NCBI GenBank assembly: GCA_964252035.1
Contig: OZ176202.1
Source: Podarcis erhardii
Taxonomy: Eukaryota
Strand: one strand, 5' to 3'
Length of the DNA stretch: 64,000 nucleotides
Of this stretch, positions 10,618-23,613 are shown in pieces. The notes beneath the pieces were generated by a model. That model saw only the letters and a list, made by a program, of their open reading frames with translations. It had not been told where the DNA came from and searched no databases. The stretch's first letter is position 1. Each line of letters begins with the position of its first letter. A program made the translations under genes and the position numbers.

Positions 10618-12408
10618 TTATGACTGTGAGGAAAAATACAGACTAGAAATTCCTGAGGAAATGAGCTCAGCTGCTTCTAGCAATCGTAGCCCTGTGTGGC
10701 AGTCAAAAACTGCATTATCAAGGGCTTCTTTATACGTCAATTTCTTCTTTGTCTTGGGACACATAATACCTTTTAAGTAGAATTTGTCATTTTTCATCTT
10801 TGTAGCAGTGACGGCATCAATAATGCCCCTTTTAATAGCTTCTTCCATCGATAATCTGCAATGAGACTTGGGATCTATCAATCCACCAGTCAGATGTTGA
10901 TACTCTAGGCAGCGAGTGCCCATTTCTTTCTCTAGGACATTTGTATTCATTGCTTCAACGGCTGACAAGACACTGTTTGTTACAGGGTGAATAATCCCAG
11001 TAAAGACCAGTTCACACTGCTGGATGTGCTTAGCAGACGCCTCATCAATCAGCTCCCTTTGCAAGGCCTCTGCCACACTATATCTCTTCCCAGTAAAGGG
11101 ATCAATTATACCTCCCGTACTTGCTTGTGCTTCAAGGCACCTCAGTGCTGTGGTTCTCTCCACTAGGTTTTTGCGAGCAGCTTTCAGAAGAGGCATTCTC
11201 TCATTTGTCTCGGGCAGCCAGACACCAGCAATGGGGCTGTTGACATCTGTGCGCGGTTTAGAATTGCTCAGCAAAACATCCGCAAGCTCGCTGGCTGTGA
11301 TTTGCCCTTCCTTGTATTGACTGACCAGCATTCTATCAACTTTGCCATCAGTTAATGCCTCGTCAATGTTGAACTGCATTCCAGTTTTTAGGTCTGTCAG
11401 CACAAGGTAAGAATTTCCATGCTGATCAAAGCATGTGGATTCTTTCCACTGAAATTCTTGCCCTGACAGCTGGAGGTAGGTACTTTTGTCTATCAGGGAC
11501 TTCTTATAAGCCTCATAGGAGGTCATTTCTGCTCCAGTTGTAATATCTACCACAGATATTTTATGAATTTTTTCTGCAGATGGAGTGGTTATTTTTCTCT
11601 CCCCAACAGGGAGCAGGAAGCATTTGCTTCCGATATCAAGTAAACACAGCTTCAGCAAATCATTATAATACATGGCTTGCCTATTATTTGGATTCTGGAA
11701 GACTTTTTTATTACTGGAATGTTCATATATAAATTTCAGAACGGTGTTGTTCAGCAAGCCCAGCTGGACCGCAACTTCAGGACACACACGGACACTTCTC
11801 ACAGGGTCAATAATACCTCCACTTGCTATCTGAGCTTCAATAAAACTTTTGCCTTTCTGCCTTTCAAGGATTCTGGTTTCAATTGCTTGATAAACAGACA
11901 GCTTTTTCCCAGAAAATAGATATCCTAAAACTGCCTTTTCTGCCTCAAGAAGCCTGCTTTTGTATTCATGATCTACAAGTCCCTTGGCAACTGAATCATC
12001 AACAGAGTATTTCTGACCTGCTGTGGGGTCAATGATAAAACCAGTGGCGGCCTGGGCTTCAAGCAGTGCTAATATGGATGCTTTTTCAATTATTCTCTGC
12101 TTAGCTGCAGAAGCAAATGAGACCTTCCCTTTACTAGATTCAATATACAACCCAGCTATTGCAGTAGGCTTAGTCAAAAAATTCTCAAGATTTTTTTGAA
12201 CCTCAGCAATGGCCTTCTTTCCTGAATGAAGCTGTTCAGCTGTGCTCAGGTCTAGAAGTTTAACTTCAATCAACTGCTTGGCAGTTACATCATGCCGGAG
12301 ACCTTGAAATTTGATATTATCATATTCAGAGGGGATCAGAGCAACCTCCTTGGCTTGCTTTTCCTCTAAGATGTCACTGATCTTTGATAAATCTTCATTT
12401 TGGAGATT
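10618..12408 (-). CDS. DST: DST BPAG1e terminal exon: two plakin-repeat domains and C-terminus (...ISSLYFSSQS*)
   Basis: ORF 10618-12432 matches the BPAG1e C-terminus (KFQGLRH..., GGIIDP repeats). First phase-0 acceptor after an upstream in-frame TGA is cctatttacag|AAT at 12408; exact 5' boundary inferred. Confidence 0.92.
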   Translation of the reverse strand, partial: NLQNEDLSKISDILEEKQAKEVALIPSEYDNIKFQGLRHDVTAKQLIEVKLLDLSTAEQLHSGKKAIAEVQKNLENFLTKPTAIAGLYIESSKGKVSFASAAKQRIIEKASILALLEAQAATGFIIDPTAGQKYSVDDSVAKGLVDHEYKSRLLEAEKAVLGYLFSGKKLSVYQAIETRILERQKGKSFIEAQIASGGIIDPVRSVRVCPEVAVQLGLLNNTVLKFIYEHSSNKKVFQNPNNRQAMYYNDLLKLCLLDIGSKCFLLPVGERKITTPSAEKIHKISVVDITTGAEMTSYEAYKKSLIDKSTYLQLSGQEFQWKESTCFDQHGNSYLVLTDLKTGMQFNIDEALTDGKVDRMLVSQYKEGQITASELADVLLSNSKPRTDVNSPIAGVWLPETNERMPLLKAARKNLVERTTALRCLEAQASTGGIIDPFTGKRYSVAEALQRELIDEASAKHIQQCELVFTGIIHPVTNSVLSAVEAMNTNVLEKEMGTRCLEYQHLTGGLIDPKSHCRLSMEEAIKRGIIDAVTATKMKNDKFYLKGIMCPKTKKKLTYKEALDNAVFDCHTGLRLLEAAELISSGISSLYFSSQS

Positions 12409-13515
12409 CTGTAAATAGGAATTGTTTGACATAATGAAGGATACTGTACTTAGAAAATAGCATCAAGTTATTAATCTAGCCCATAAACAGGGAGAGGGGG
12501 AGAGATGCAGAATATGAACAGCAAACACTAAGAATCAGCAAACTTTATTAACCCTGGCAATATGGAATTTGGTTTGAGAAGGAAAGTGGGATGGAATGAC
12601 AGCAAAGTGTAAAAAGAGAAACTATCTCTTAGCAATATCATCACCCTTCTAATTGCAAACTCAGGTGGTGAATGAAGGCAGGAAATCCCCAAGATTCACA
12701 GAAGCACTATATATTAAAACCTAAGGGGGCAAAACCAAACAAACCCTCAAAGGAGACAATGCTCAGAGCATGCTCAGTAGCTATGGAATACAGAGTGCAG
12801 CTGGAAAAGAAAAACAAAACACAGCGTGGGAAGAGTGGAATGGCCAGTTTGGAGGGAACTGCTGAGAGAACCCTAAACAGGGTCGCTCCTTTGGGAGAAA
12901 TGAGAGACTGCACCTTCTTGCTCCAAGTGCCACTTTAAAAAATCTAATGCGGATGTGAACAACTTGGATTTGTGAATTTCTTTCTTCATTCTAGGAAGCC
13001 AGGCCTGTTGTATGTGCAGTACAAATCTAAAGAGAGCTCTTGGACTTCTGTAGGCCACAAATAATCATTCAGCAGTTGGATGGCGAGCTTTTAAGGTTAG
13101 AACTGCACTTTTTGGCTTCACCTCATGTCTTGTTGAAATCATAGGGTGTGGGGACAACTGTGGGCAGAGAATGGTGCAAAGACACATCATTCTGCCTGCT
13201 GCTTTTATCCGGCACACACCATTTTGCAGAGAAGTGTGCTCTTCGGTATGTAGGGCCCCCTCTTTTAAATAAAGGGGGAATATTTCAGTGGGTGTTGGTG
13301 GGTGAAACTTTTGCTTCCACACATGCAAGCAACATCTGCACCTGCACAAATGTCTTGGGGTTATAAGGTGGACTGATGCATGCCAGATGTAAGAAAGTGT
13401 TTGGTATCAAATAAGATGAAACATAGAACAGAAAAGCAAGGAAGATTACAGGAGAACAGAAAACTGTAACAGCAACATCCAAGCCATATCAAATGCCATC
13501 AAATGTGCCATGTAC

Positions 13516-16203
13516 CTCCAATGGATGCAGGCGCTTCCCTAAGCCCACTTCATAACTCTCTTCAAGCCTGGAACTGAGGAGTTTGCCGTCTCTCAATTTA
13601 TCTATTTCTGAAATTCTTGTGATAGGGTTGCTCTTATCAACCGTTATCTCAAACTCTGTGCTTGTCTGGGAAACATATTCGGCATAGGACTGTTGACTTA
13701 TTCCATTTTCCAGTTGGTGGGTTACTCCGGACAACTGGAATGGCTTCTCTCGTTGCAATGAATCAGTGGCAACTGTTTGCAACTTCTGTGCAACCAGCGG
13801 TTCAGATTTGCAACTTGAGCCACTTAGGTGTCTCCTTCTTAATAAAGGAGATGTGGTCGTACAGAGGTTAATATGTTCAAAATCTCTTGGGGAAGTGTCT
13901 CCCAAGTAACTAAACCCATTTCCCTTCCACCCAAAGTCTAACTGGATGTTCCTTTTGTTGATCTCATTCTGAAACCAACGCAGCTGATTGCCGTGATCTC
14001 TTTTCTGCAGGTCTATTTGGTGCTTCAAGTTCTCTACTGTCCGCCTCTGCATTTGCAACTCTTCTTCCATTTTGCGGTATTTCTGCACATACTCCATTTC
14101 TGCATGCTTGCCTTGCTGAAGCTGCTCACGGGATTTCTGAAGTCTGTCTTGCAGGTCTTCAATTTGAAGTTTATACATTCTAATGTTGTCTTGAGCCATG
14201 TGGTTTTCTTGCTGCAGGGTGATGCATTCCATCCTGATACCAGATATGTCATTTTCCGCTATGTTGTGAGTTTCCAAGAGTTTTTCAAATTTCTTCCTAA
14301 ACTCTTCTGCAGAATGCTTGAACGCAATTGATTCTTCCTGAAGTAAAGCCACATTTTGGCGCGCCATTTGTTCCTCCAAGGTCTTCTGATGCAAGTCATC
14401 TTGCAGCTTCTTCATCTTGCTATTGAGCTCATGAATATGGGACTGCTGCTGCTGGACCTTCTGCTCGTTCATCTTCATTTCCATAGTGAATGTGCTCATC
14501 TGAGTACGTAGGTTTCTTATTTCCATCTCTGCATTCATGTTATAAGCATTGTCCCTGTCACATTTCTGCTTAAATTCACCAGCTAATTCTTTTGCTTTTA
14601 TTAGCTCATCTTCTAATCTCTTGATGTGATCCAAGTGCTCCTGCTCAAGTATTATCTGTTTGTGCAGTTGTTCGTTTGTGATACGTAGTTGCTCTTTGAA
14701 ACCTTCAGCCAGGGCTTTTAATTCATCATTTTTTCTGTCAATAATTTGTCTTTCAAGAATTATCTTCTCTGAATCGGTCCGGACTTCAGTCATCATTATT
14801 TTGGTCTCGCTGTTCCATCTAGAAAGCTCTTCAACCTTCTGTTTTAACTTTTCCACTAAGTGATTGCTATCTGCTAAATCATCCTTCAGTCTTTGAATCT
14901 TCAGCTGGTTTTCTTTTTCTTCTCTTGTCTTTTGAAGGAATTGTTCCTGCATTTTTTTTAACTGTTCTTGTAGGCTGGTTGTTTCCCCTCTGCATGAAAC
15001 AGTTCTATGTTCAGCTGCCATTTTTTCTTGCTGAAGAGAAGTGATTTGGGAATGCAATTGCTGAATAGTAATCCCAGTGTGTGTGTGTGTCCTAGCCAAC
15101 TCCTCCAGCTCCATCTTTAACAGTGCCTTTTCCTTCTGAAGTGACCTCAGCTCTTCTTGATACTTCATATTTATTTTCTTCAGATCCATGGCTTCTTGCA
15201 TTACCTCTTCAGCTTTGCCTGTGGTTTTCTGCAGCTGCCTGTCAAGCTCCTTCAGCTGCTCCAAGTATCCTTGCTCTACCAGCTCTTTCTGATCCAGCTC
15301 TACTTTAAGGCGCCTGAGAGAATTATTGGCATCATCCAGTTTTTCTTTTAGTAAGCGAGCCTTTTCTTCAGCAGACGCATTCTGCAGTTCAAGTTCACAC
15401 AGTTCATATTTTAGGTCTTTGATGGTTTTCTCGGACTTTTTGTTGGCAAATGTTAGCTCATCCACCAGTTGCTGGAATTCCTCAATGTTTTTCAGTTCTT
15501 GCTTTTCTCTGAAAATGTCTGAACCTGTTGGCAACAGAGTTTCTTGTCCTATTATAGTAATTTGCCTTCTGACTTCAGTTATTTCCTTTTCTCTGCACTT
15601 GCTTTTCACCAGACTACCTTGAAACTCCATGTCTTGTTCCATTTCCTTAATGAGTTTCACAAGCTTCTCTTCTTCAGCAGTCTTCTTCCTCAGCTCCTCC
15701 ATCAGTGCTTTCTTTTGCTGCTCTAAATCTTGAAGACTGGTGTCCTTCCTTCTTAACTTATCTTCAAGAGCATCTCTAGCCACAGCAGTTTCCTCTAGCT
15801 GCATTCTGAAAGCTCTGAACTTTTCCTCAACCATACTTCTCTGAGCCTCAGTCTTCAAAGCGAGCTGCTTCACACGCTCCAACTCCTGCTCTGCGTCTTC
15901 TTTCTCTTTAAGAGCATCCTCTAGTTCCATGCGATAGCGCTTTGCTTCTTGCTCAGCCTTGGCTTTCTGGAGAGAAATCTCCTCCATTTTTGTCTGCTGC
16001 TTCTTCATTTCTTTCTCTGCATCGGCCTTTGCTTTTGGAAGTTCTACTTCCAACTGGAACTTCTGTTTCCTCAACTCATCCAACATCTCCTCAAGCTCGT
16101 TTATCCTCTCCATAAGTTTTCTGTTCTCACTCATTATTTCTTTTTGCTGCTGCTCCAGATCAGAATATTCACCACGTACTAGTGCCTCCTTATTCTTCAG
16201 GAT
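13516..16203 (-). CDS. DST: DST BPAG1e-specific coiled-coil rod exon (896 codons)
   Basis: ttttttggcag|ATC CTG AAG...GAG|gtacat; 2688 nt, phase 0 to 0; contains YAEYVSQTSTEFEITVDKSNPITRISEIDK similar to human BPAG1e. Confidence 0.95.
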
Positions 16204-18801
16204 CTGCCAAAAAAAAGATAAGGTAACAAGAAACATTGAAATCCATTCTTTTAAAACGTTAGGTAATGTTGTAATGTTAAAATGCACAGTTGCAAATACT
16301 TACAAACTTCAACTACAGCATGTCAGCAGCACAGACTGAGGGATTCCCACCACCACTGTCACCATCAGAAAGGGACCGTTAGTTAGAGTAAAGAGAAAGC
16401 TGCATGAAGGAATCCACCAGCTGAAGTCCTCAAGAAGAATCCCTTTGCTTTCAGGATAAGAGTTGTTTCATAGGTTGAATGTGATGCCCAGAAGCTCACT
16501 TGCATGAGTCCTTGCTTAAAAGCTACAGAGCAACTTCTCAGCAAAACACACCATGCAAGAAAAAAGCACTTCCTCATTTGATGGTTAGTTGAATAAGAAG
16601 AGGAGAGCGTTTTAGTGTAAAACATGATACAATTAGCAAGAAACCACATTTAATTAGCCATGTCCTTCAACAATAGTTATTCAGGCTCTGAACATAATGC
16701 TCTTTCTTTTAACAAAAGACTAGCACAACGTTACAGTATCATTAACTCACCAAGACATACTAATGCAAAGGCAGCTTTATTTCCTTCTGGGTTGAATTTA
16801 ATTCTTTCTAAATATTGCTGTTAAATGAGATTTTATTTTCCAGTAGATGCCCCATTACACCAATAAATGCGACATCTACTGGTATATAACACAAACCACA
16901 AGATACTTGGAAACACCAATGCTAAAGATCATTAAAATGTAATAATTTAATTATCTCCCCGCCCACTAATCCTGATCGCAAAGCAAGTTGTCAGCTGGGA
17001 GGTTTCTGTAGCTGATGTTGCTACATAAATGAATAAAAGGAATGATTATGCAAATCAACAGCTTAGCAGTTTGTTTAAATATTGCAACTCCATTGAATCA
17101 GTTTTAAATCAATTTTCCCACCACACAAAGACATATTTAAGTTTCAAGTGATGATTAGGAATGATTTTGAAGTTGTATTTATTGCTATAATACTATTATA
17201 TTCATTATGATTGCCTCTGATTTTTACTATAACTATGTACCTCTTTCTTTTTTATTTCTTCCTTTTGGCCTATGCTTTCTCTGCACATTCTTGATTCAAA
17301 AACTGGCTGTTCGTTTCCTGTGTTTCCATACTTTGTTCTCCTGACATCCTCTCTCAGTTTAGGATTTTTGTCTTCTTCGAGTAGCTATGAATGGTCATGT
17401 ACATCTTTATGCAGCACTGACTCAGCTAGAAAAAAATCCTTCCTTTTTTTTAAAACATATCCACTTCCATCTCTACATTTTCTTTGTGAACACCAGTGAA
17501 TAGAGTGGTCAAACCACAGACAACATTCTGTGTCAAACTCTCAGCGTTAGCAGATTGCAAGAAAGGGTATCTTCAATTTTTTCCTTTCTTGGTTCATGTC
17601 CAAATTATCCTTCCTCAAAATTACTTTGCTTCAGGAACTGGCCAGCACTACATCACTATTTATTTTAATAATGTAACAATACTGAATTCATATTTTGGTT
17701 GATGTTGCTTTGCATCATACCATAATTTAGTTCATACACTTTTAGACTATGCTGTATAACTGTGTTTTCTACTGTGTAAACCTTTGAAACAGCACAGAAA
17801 CAAGTTGTGCTTCCTTGGCCTTCAACATTTATTTTCCTTGGAGCATGTACAGTCTTTCTTGTGGGGTAGCTGTTCTAAAATTGCTGCTATCTAGAGACAT
17901 ATTATGTAATGTATTAGTATTCACCTATCAGAAGGACACATGTTTTAATTGTTGCTGCACTGTCTTACTGACTCCTTCCTTGGTTTTAAATTGCTTAGGG
18001 CAGTTTTGCAACAATTGCTAACAATTCAGCTGTTAGGCTATTCTCTTCCACTTTTATCAGTACTCTGTGAGAATATTTTTCAAAGCCTTTATTCAGGTTC
18101 TCAGGGTGCAACCTTTCTGAAGGGCAAGTGGGTTGTTCAATTGGGCTGATTCCCGTGGGATAATGTCCTGCCTTCAGACAGGCTCGGAATTAGTTTTTCC
18201 ATGTACTCTTGCTCTCTCCTTCAGTGAAATAGACCATTTAAATTTCTCCTCCCTTTCATCAGCAACATGCACTGCCTCCACTGGCAGCTTTGCCTGCCTG
18301 CCATTTTTATTTGCAGACTGAATAGAAAACTCTTTTCTGAATTGGTCTTGTTCAATACTATACATCACAGGAACTACTGAAATATCTTTGCTTGCATGCA
18401 GATGCCTCCCTTCGCTATACTTTCCAATCCTGTCCATCCTGTCATCACTACTTAGACTACTATAAAATCCAACTGCTAAGTTGAAAGCACGGCAGTGTGA
18501 GAGAGCTTATGAGCCAATAAATATAAAGGTATTTTACAAGTTTATCAGTACCTTAGGGAAATTCTCATATAGAACCAATATCCTGCAATAGAATTTTAGC
18601 AAACTAAAGTAGTAAAAATAGTAAGGACAATGAGAGCGGATAATTTCAGGTCAGTCTTGGTGTTCACTAGATACGTGATGTCAACCTTCATTTTATATCT
18701 AGAGAGTACATAAGGAGTTCACATCATCTATCCTTATACTTAAAAAAGTATAGCTGTCATAGTGGTTTTACCATCCCTTTGAAAGTTATCTGCTGACTTA
18801 C

Positions 18802-18900
18802 CTCTTCCTCCTCCAGCCTTTTGAGAGAGTCACCAGCAAACTTTATATACTGAGTCATCAAGGTCACCAAAGCTGTGTAGCGTGTTCGTAAGTCCATAAA
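18802..18900 (-). CDS. DST: DST last shared plakin exon [33 protein letters not shown] (branch point to the e rod exon or the a/b exons)
   Basis: cattgcag|TTT...GAG|gtaagt; 99 nt. Confidence 0.97.
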
Positions 18901-19849
18901 CTGCAATGAAACAGAGGAACAGTCCTGATTCGTGCTGAAATGGAGTGTCTTAAATTTATTTACTTTTATATAGAACAAATAAAGTTACAATATGATTTCT
19001 AAAATAAAAATGCACTGCGTCTTCCTAAATCATAATATACAAAACACATTAGAAAGATGACCCTGAGTCCAACAGATTCTTAGAAGAATCAGTGTAACAA
19101 ACAGAGTGTTGAGAGGAGTTGACTTCTGTCTGCTTTGGAGGGAGCAGATGTGGAGGTGCTCTTAAGAATGAAAGATGAAGGAGCAAATTCATCATGGGAT
19201 TAACCTCCTAACCCCTCATGCCTTAAATCATTTATTTTATGAATTATTGAATGCAATGAATCCCAACACATTTTTCTGTATGAAGCAGGGCAGGGACATC
19301 ATTCAGTATGTTATATTAGAAAAGGATGCTTCAGGGTCCCAAAAAGACATGAGGGTTACAGCCATATAAAGGAACGTAACCCTTCATATATCATTCTGTA
19401 ACTCTTTGTGTTCTGGCTATCATTCACAGAGTCTGCGATTATATTCAGTCTCGATTGCACTTAATCTCTATCTTGCTGATGGAGGAGCTTGCAAACTCTT
19501 GAACAAAGAAATGTCTATTTGCATCCTCATTTCATTAACAGCCAGGGATAGGTTCCAAACGCTGGCCAGTTTGTTGTACTTTTACCCTATGGTCACCAGT
19601 ATCCACATTTTAATCTAAGTTCTTTAGATCCTTTAACTCTAAAGAACTCCCTACCTACACTGAACTTCTAAATTGCAGTGTTTTCGGGTTTTTTGTTTAC
19701 AAATCCTTATTAACTCTTTTGAACACATTAATCTACCTTATACCGAATCAGACCAACTGTTCCAGCCAGTTTGGTACTATCTATGCTGATGAGTAAAAGC
19801 TCTCCAAAGTATCATCCACCAGATGTTCCTTGTCATGCAACCTGTGATT

Positions 19850-19931
19850 CCTCTTGCTAGAGATGCCAGTAGTTGAACCGGGAACCTTCTTCATGCAAAT
19901 CATGTACTCTACCTCTGAGCAACCACCTCTC
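19850..19931 (-). mobile_element. Old tRNA(Ala-like)-derived SINE head
   Basis: Minus strand gctcagaggtagagtacatgatttgcatgaagaaggttcccggttcaactactggcatct. Confidence 0.55.
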
Positions 19932-20284
19932 TTCTGAATCACAGGCACTGGCCACAGTCCACTGTACATTTGCACATTACACTGAAGTTGATGATATGGA
20001 AAGTGGTGAAACTATACCCTGGAATAATGTGGTAAACTAATCTATGTAACCCTGGCAACGTCAGATGACTAAGGTTTGCCACATTGGGCTCTCTGACTGG
20101 ATATAGTAGCTGTAGCCAGACTAGCTGCACCCAAAATGAAGCAGCAGGGTGTAACATGATCAATTACTAGCTTTGTATATTTAGACTGAAAGTATTTCAT
20201 GAATGTAGCTCAAAAGCTTTCACAATGCAGAAGTGGAATGTGGGTCATTATAAAGCATTATAATATTAAGGCACGTCCAACTAC

Positions 20285-20392
20285 CTCTTGGATAATGAAA
20301 TCAGAGGAGCTCTGCATTCTTCGGCGTTTCACTGGAGATTTTTGCTGGGAGTCAACCATGGCTCTGTATGTCATCGTTTGCAACTCGTAGTC
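20285..20392 (-). CDS. DST: DST exon [36 protein letters not shown]
   Basis: ttctacag|GAC...GAG|gtagtt; 108 nt. Confidence 0.96.
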
Positions 20393-20491
20393 CTGTAGAA
20401 AATAAATGGAAATAGGTAAACCTGTAAGCTACTTGTTCCACACTAGGAGTCTTTCAAGTGCTGCATAAATTCATCTGAGTACTAAAGACTA

Positions 20492-20746
20492 TGGGTGATA
20501 TCCAATGGCGACTGGTCTGCTGACAGAAGGGAATCTGTCAGGAGAACTGGGAAGGGGGCAATTGTAGGCAATCCCCCTATAGCATACGATCTGGACAGTT
20601 CTAGATCACCCTCTAGATCTGGACAGTTGGAAGGTGGGGAACACCTTCCAGAACAGATTTTGAAGGGGAGGGGATGCAAGGTATTGGGAGGGAAAGATTA
20701 CCTCCTGTCAGCTGACAGTCACCAGAAGATATCCTGGATATCTTGT
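20492..20746. mobile_element. Old TIR element; related degenerate copy at about 4568-4850 interrupted by an L2 tail
   Basis: Inverted ends gatatcca...ctgacagaaggg / cctcctgtcag...tggatatc; shared start tgggtgatatcca with the 4568 copy. Confidence 0.5.
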
Positions 20747-21123
20747 GACACTAGGGCAGTGAAGCTGGAGTGTAAAAGAAGACAATGCAGCTGCTATGGA
20801 ACTCACATTATAACTGGACTGGGAAACAGCAACTTCCCTCAGCTCAACTGGCAGGTTTCATTGATGGTTTTCCATACAAAACCTGTCACTCTGGAAACAG
20901 AGGTAGAGATAGGAAGAATGCCTGCACACAGCTGAACAGGACTACAGGAGATTTCTCTTGGCTTTTCTCTGTTGCTTTGGTGACAGGTAAAGCTGCCACT
21001 CAAGTGGGTAGGTTGGATTGTCTGATTACAGACTACACCCGGCAGCACAGGAGAGGATGGGTGGTGGGGTGGCACTGTTCACCTGACCTCTGGTCCGTGG
21101 TGCTGCTGCAGTTTAAGATAAAA

Positions 21124-21492
21124 AAAGGTAAAGGCTCCCATGATGGCTAAGTCCAGTCAAAGGCAACTATGGGGTGCAGCGTTCATCTCACTTTCAGACC
21201 GAGGGAGCTGGTGTGTGTCCACAGACAGCTTTTTCAGGTCATGTGACCAGCATGACTAAACTGCTTCTGGCGCAACGGAACACTGTGATGGAAACTAGAG
21301 TGCACAGAAACGCCTTTTACCTTCCCACCGCAAAGGTACATATTTATCTACTTGCACTGGCATGCTTTCAAACTGCTAGGTTGGCAGGAGCTGGAACAGA
21401 GCAATGGGAGCCCACCCCGTCACAGGGATTTGAACCGCCGACCTTCTGATCGGCAAGCCTAAGAGGCTCAGTGGTTTAGACCACAGCGCCAC
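21124..21492 (-). mobile_element. Sauria SINE, more diverged subfamily
   Basis: aaaggtaaagg tail; gtcatgtgaccagcatgactaa and tatttatctacttgcact core; head gtggcgctgtggtctaaacc. Confidence 0.9.
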
Positions 21493-21872
21493 TACAAGGT
21501 AGAGGGGCAAGGTGAGGTGAGGTGGCAGCAAAGTCAGCATTTTGCAAATGCACTGGAAGGAGCACCGGATTCCCTATGCTAGAGGTCAGCTGAGAGCCGC
21601 CACCCCAGCCCACTACTGCTGCCAGCGCCCACTGACACAATGCAGCCTAATAATGTGGATTGGAGCAGCAGCTGTGGCAGTAACAGCAACATGTGAAGCA
21701 ATGTGTAAAGTGTATCTCTCAGAAGACACGGCAGCTTCCACATTTCCATAGCCAGACTTCCAGGTGCAGGAGCAGCAGCATCACTGTCGTCATTCTGGAT
21801 GCTGAGCAATGCTCACATTTCCACAAAGAATTAAAAAAGAATAATGATTGTGCACAGAAGTTATAGTTTTAC

Positions 21873-21956
21873 CTTTACTGCAGCTGAATACTGCTCTGAG
21901 TGCTTCTGGCATTCATCTAGCTTGTTTTGTTTCGTCTCTATTTCCGACACTAGCAT
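21873..21956 (-). CDS. DST: DST exon [28 protein letters not shown]
   Basis: ttttacag|ATG...AAG|gtaaaa; 84 nt. Confidence 0.96.
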
Positions 21957-22421
21957 CTGTAAAATAAACAAGAGAATTTTAGTATCTAACAGTATCAACC
22001 TATGCAACTTTCCCCATCCTAAAGGCTAGTGTTCTACTTGTTTTTAAAACATACTAGACTGAAAACGTGAAAGTTGTGTTTATGTATAAAAACGTGAAAG
22101 GCTGTTTCCCTGTGGTCCTCTTTATAAATTACCTTTGGCTCTACAAGAAAAATGGAAGGGGGGGACGTTGCCCCTCAACCAACATATGCAGAAACATACT
22201 AGATTATTAATAATGTAAGATACAGAGGTATATCCAGTACACTGCTTAAAAGGGAAAAATTCTTATGAGCTGAACTGAAACTGGCTGTCTTTAGGTTAGT
22301 TATTAATTCTTTACATCTAAGCCCTAGAACAAAACCTGCATGTTATAAGTGGATATTTGTTATCAGCTCACTACAGAAAGGTGGCATATAAACAAATTAA
22401 ATCAATCGATCAAGCGTTTAC

Positions 22422-22584
22422 CTTTTGCTGGTTTAGCTGTTTGGCCAGAGCTTTACTGTTTTGAGGTGGGTTTTCCTGGAACCTCTGCTGAGTTTCTTCG
22501 ACTTGCTTGATCCAGTTATCCAGGGCACCATATGTATCCCTGTAGTACTTTAGGGATTTATTGATAGCTTCTAAGTCACGCAAC
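22422..22584 (-). CDS. DST: DST exon (R)[19 protein letters not shown]...QLNQQK
   Basis: ctcaaccag|G TTG...AAG|gtaaac; 163 nt, phase 2 to 0. Confidence 0.96.
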
Positions 22585-22659
22585 CTGGTTGAGTAAAAAG
22601 CAAGCTGTTTCAGTGAGGAAGAACAAACTAGTAGCAATGACAATAAAGAACTAACTATC

Positions 22660-22849
22660 ATCACCACCAGCAACCTTACAATAACCTTGTAAGGGCAAGT
22701 CAGTATTATTATTCCCCGCATAATAAAGATCTTTGGGGTGGATGCTAAGTCTGAAACAGAACAGAGATTGCCTAAGGCTACACAGTAAGTTCAGGGCAAA
22801 GGTGAAATTAGAAATTCCTGGTTTGTAGCTCAGTGCTAGGCTACACCAC
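22660..22849 (-). mobile_element. Old MIR/CORE-type SINE remnant
   Basis: caaccttacaataaccttgtaagg...ttgcctaaggctacacagtaagtt...ctacaccac pattern. Confidence 0.55.
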
Positions 22850-23567
22850 TTCATAAACAGCTGGCTGTCAGAAGGCATCATTCAGCTAGAAGTCCTTTTC
22901 TCAGGGTTTCTCCTGCAAACCTTCAGAATGAAAGGCTTTGCCAATTTCATAAAAAAGGAACTCTCTGAGTTCTTTTTAATTTCCATGCCTTTTTTGAGGA
23001 GCTCACAGTTATCAAGAAATGTATTAGTTCTGAGGAATACATGCCAAAGAACACACATTCCTAGGTTCATAAAGCTCCAGGCAGCCTTCTATCTCTCTAT
23101 CAAACATCCCTTCATCTTTATAGGAAGCCAGATGGAACACCCTGTGTTCCTTATTTCAAAGGGTTTTGTCTCTCTCTGTCTCTATCTACAAGTTCCTCAT
23201 TTCAAATGCCAGGCATTGAAAAATAAGTGAATCCCCTGCCACGATAACCTCCAGATTCAGACAAGGATGCTTACATGTACCAGTGTATTTTAGACATAAA
23301 AAGCTACTCAGGGTGACCACTAGAGGGAAGTTATGTAGAATTCAGCAGAAGCTTAAAAAACAAAAGGAAAAATGGAGCAGTCACGTTCCATGTCCTGAAA
23401 CAGTATTCCTCAGTTGCAAAACCTCAGGATTAGAATGTGGAGAAAAGACTCACTTTAGAATAAATACCCAATTCTTCATATGCTGACTAAATCCATGGTC
23501 GTTAGGGAAAAACAGGTACCTAGTCTATTACAAAAGTCTTTATAGAAAAGGGCCTTGCAATCTACAG

Positions 23568-23568
<1 letters not shown>

Positions 23569-23612
<44 letters not shown>
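23569..23612. repeat. (AAT)n microsatellite
   Basis: Direct reading. Confidence 0.97.

Positions 23613-23613
<1 letters not shown>

Noticed and set aside
12409-12432. ATG at 12432 as the start of an independent 604-aa gene
   Set aside because: It is the terminal BPAG1e exon; the ATG lies in the acceptor region of the intron
11024-16339. Plus-strand ORFs overlapping the BPAG1e exons
   Set aside because: Antisense shadows of the long DST reading frames
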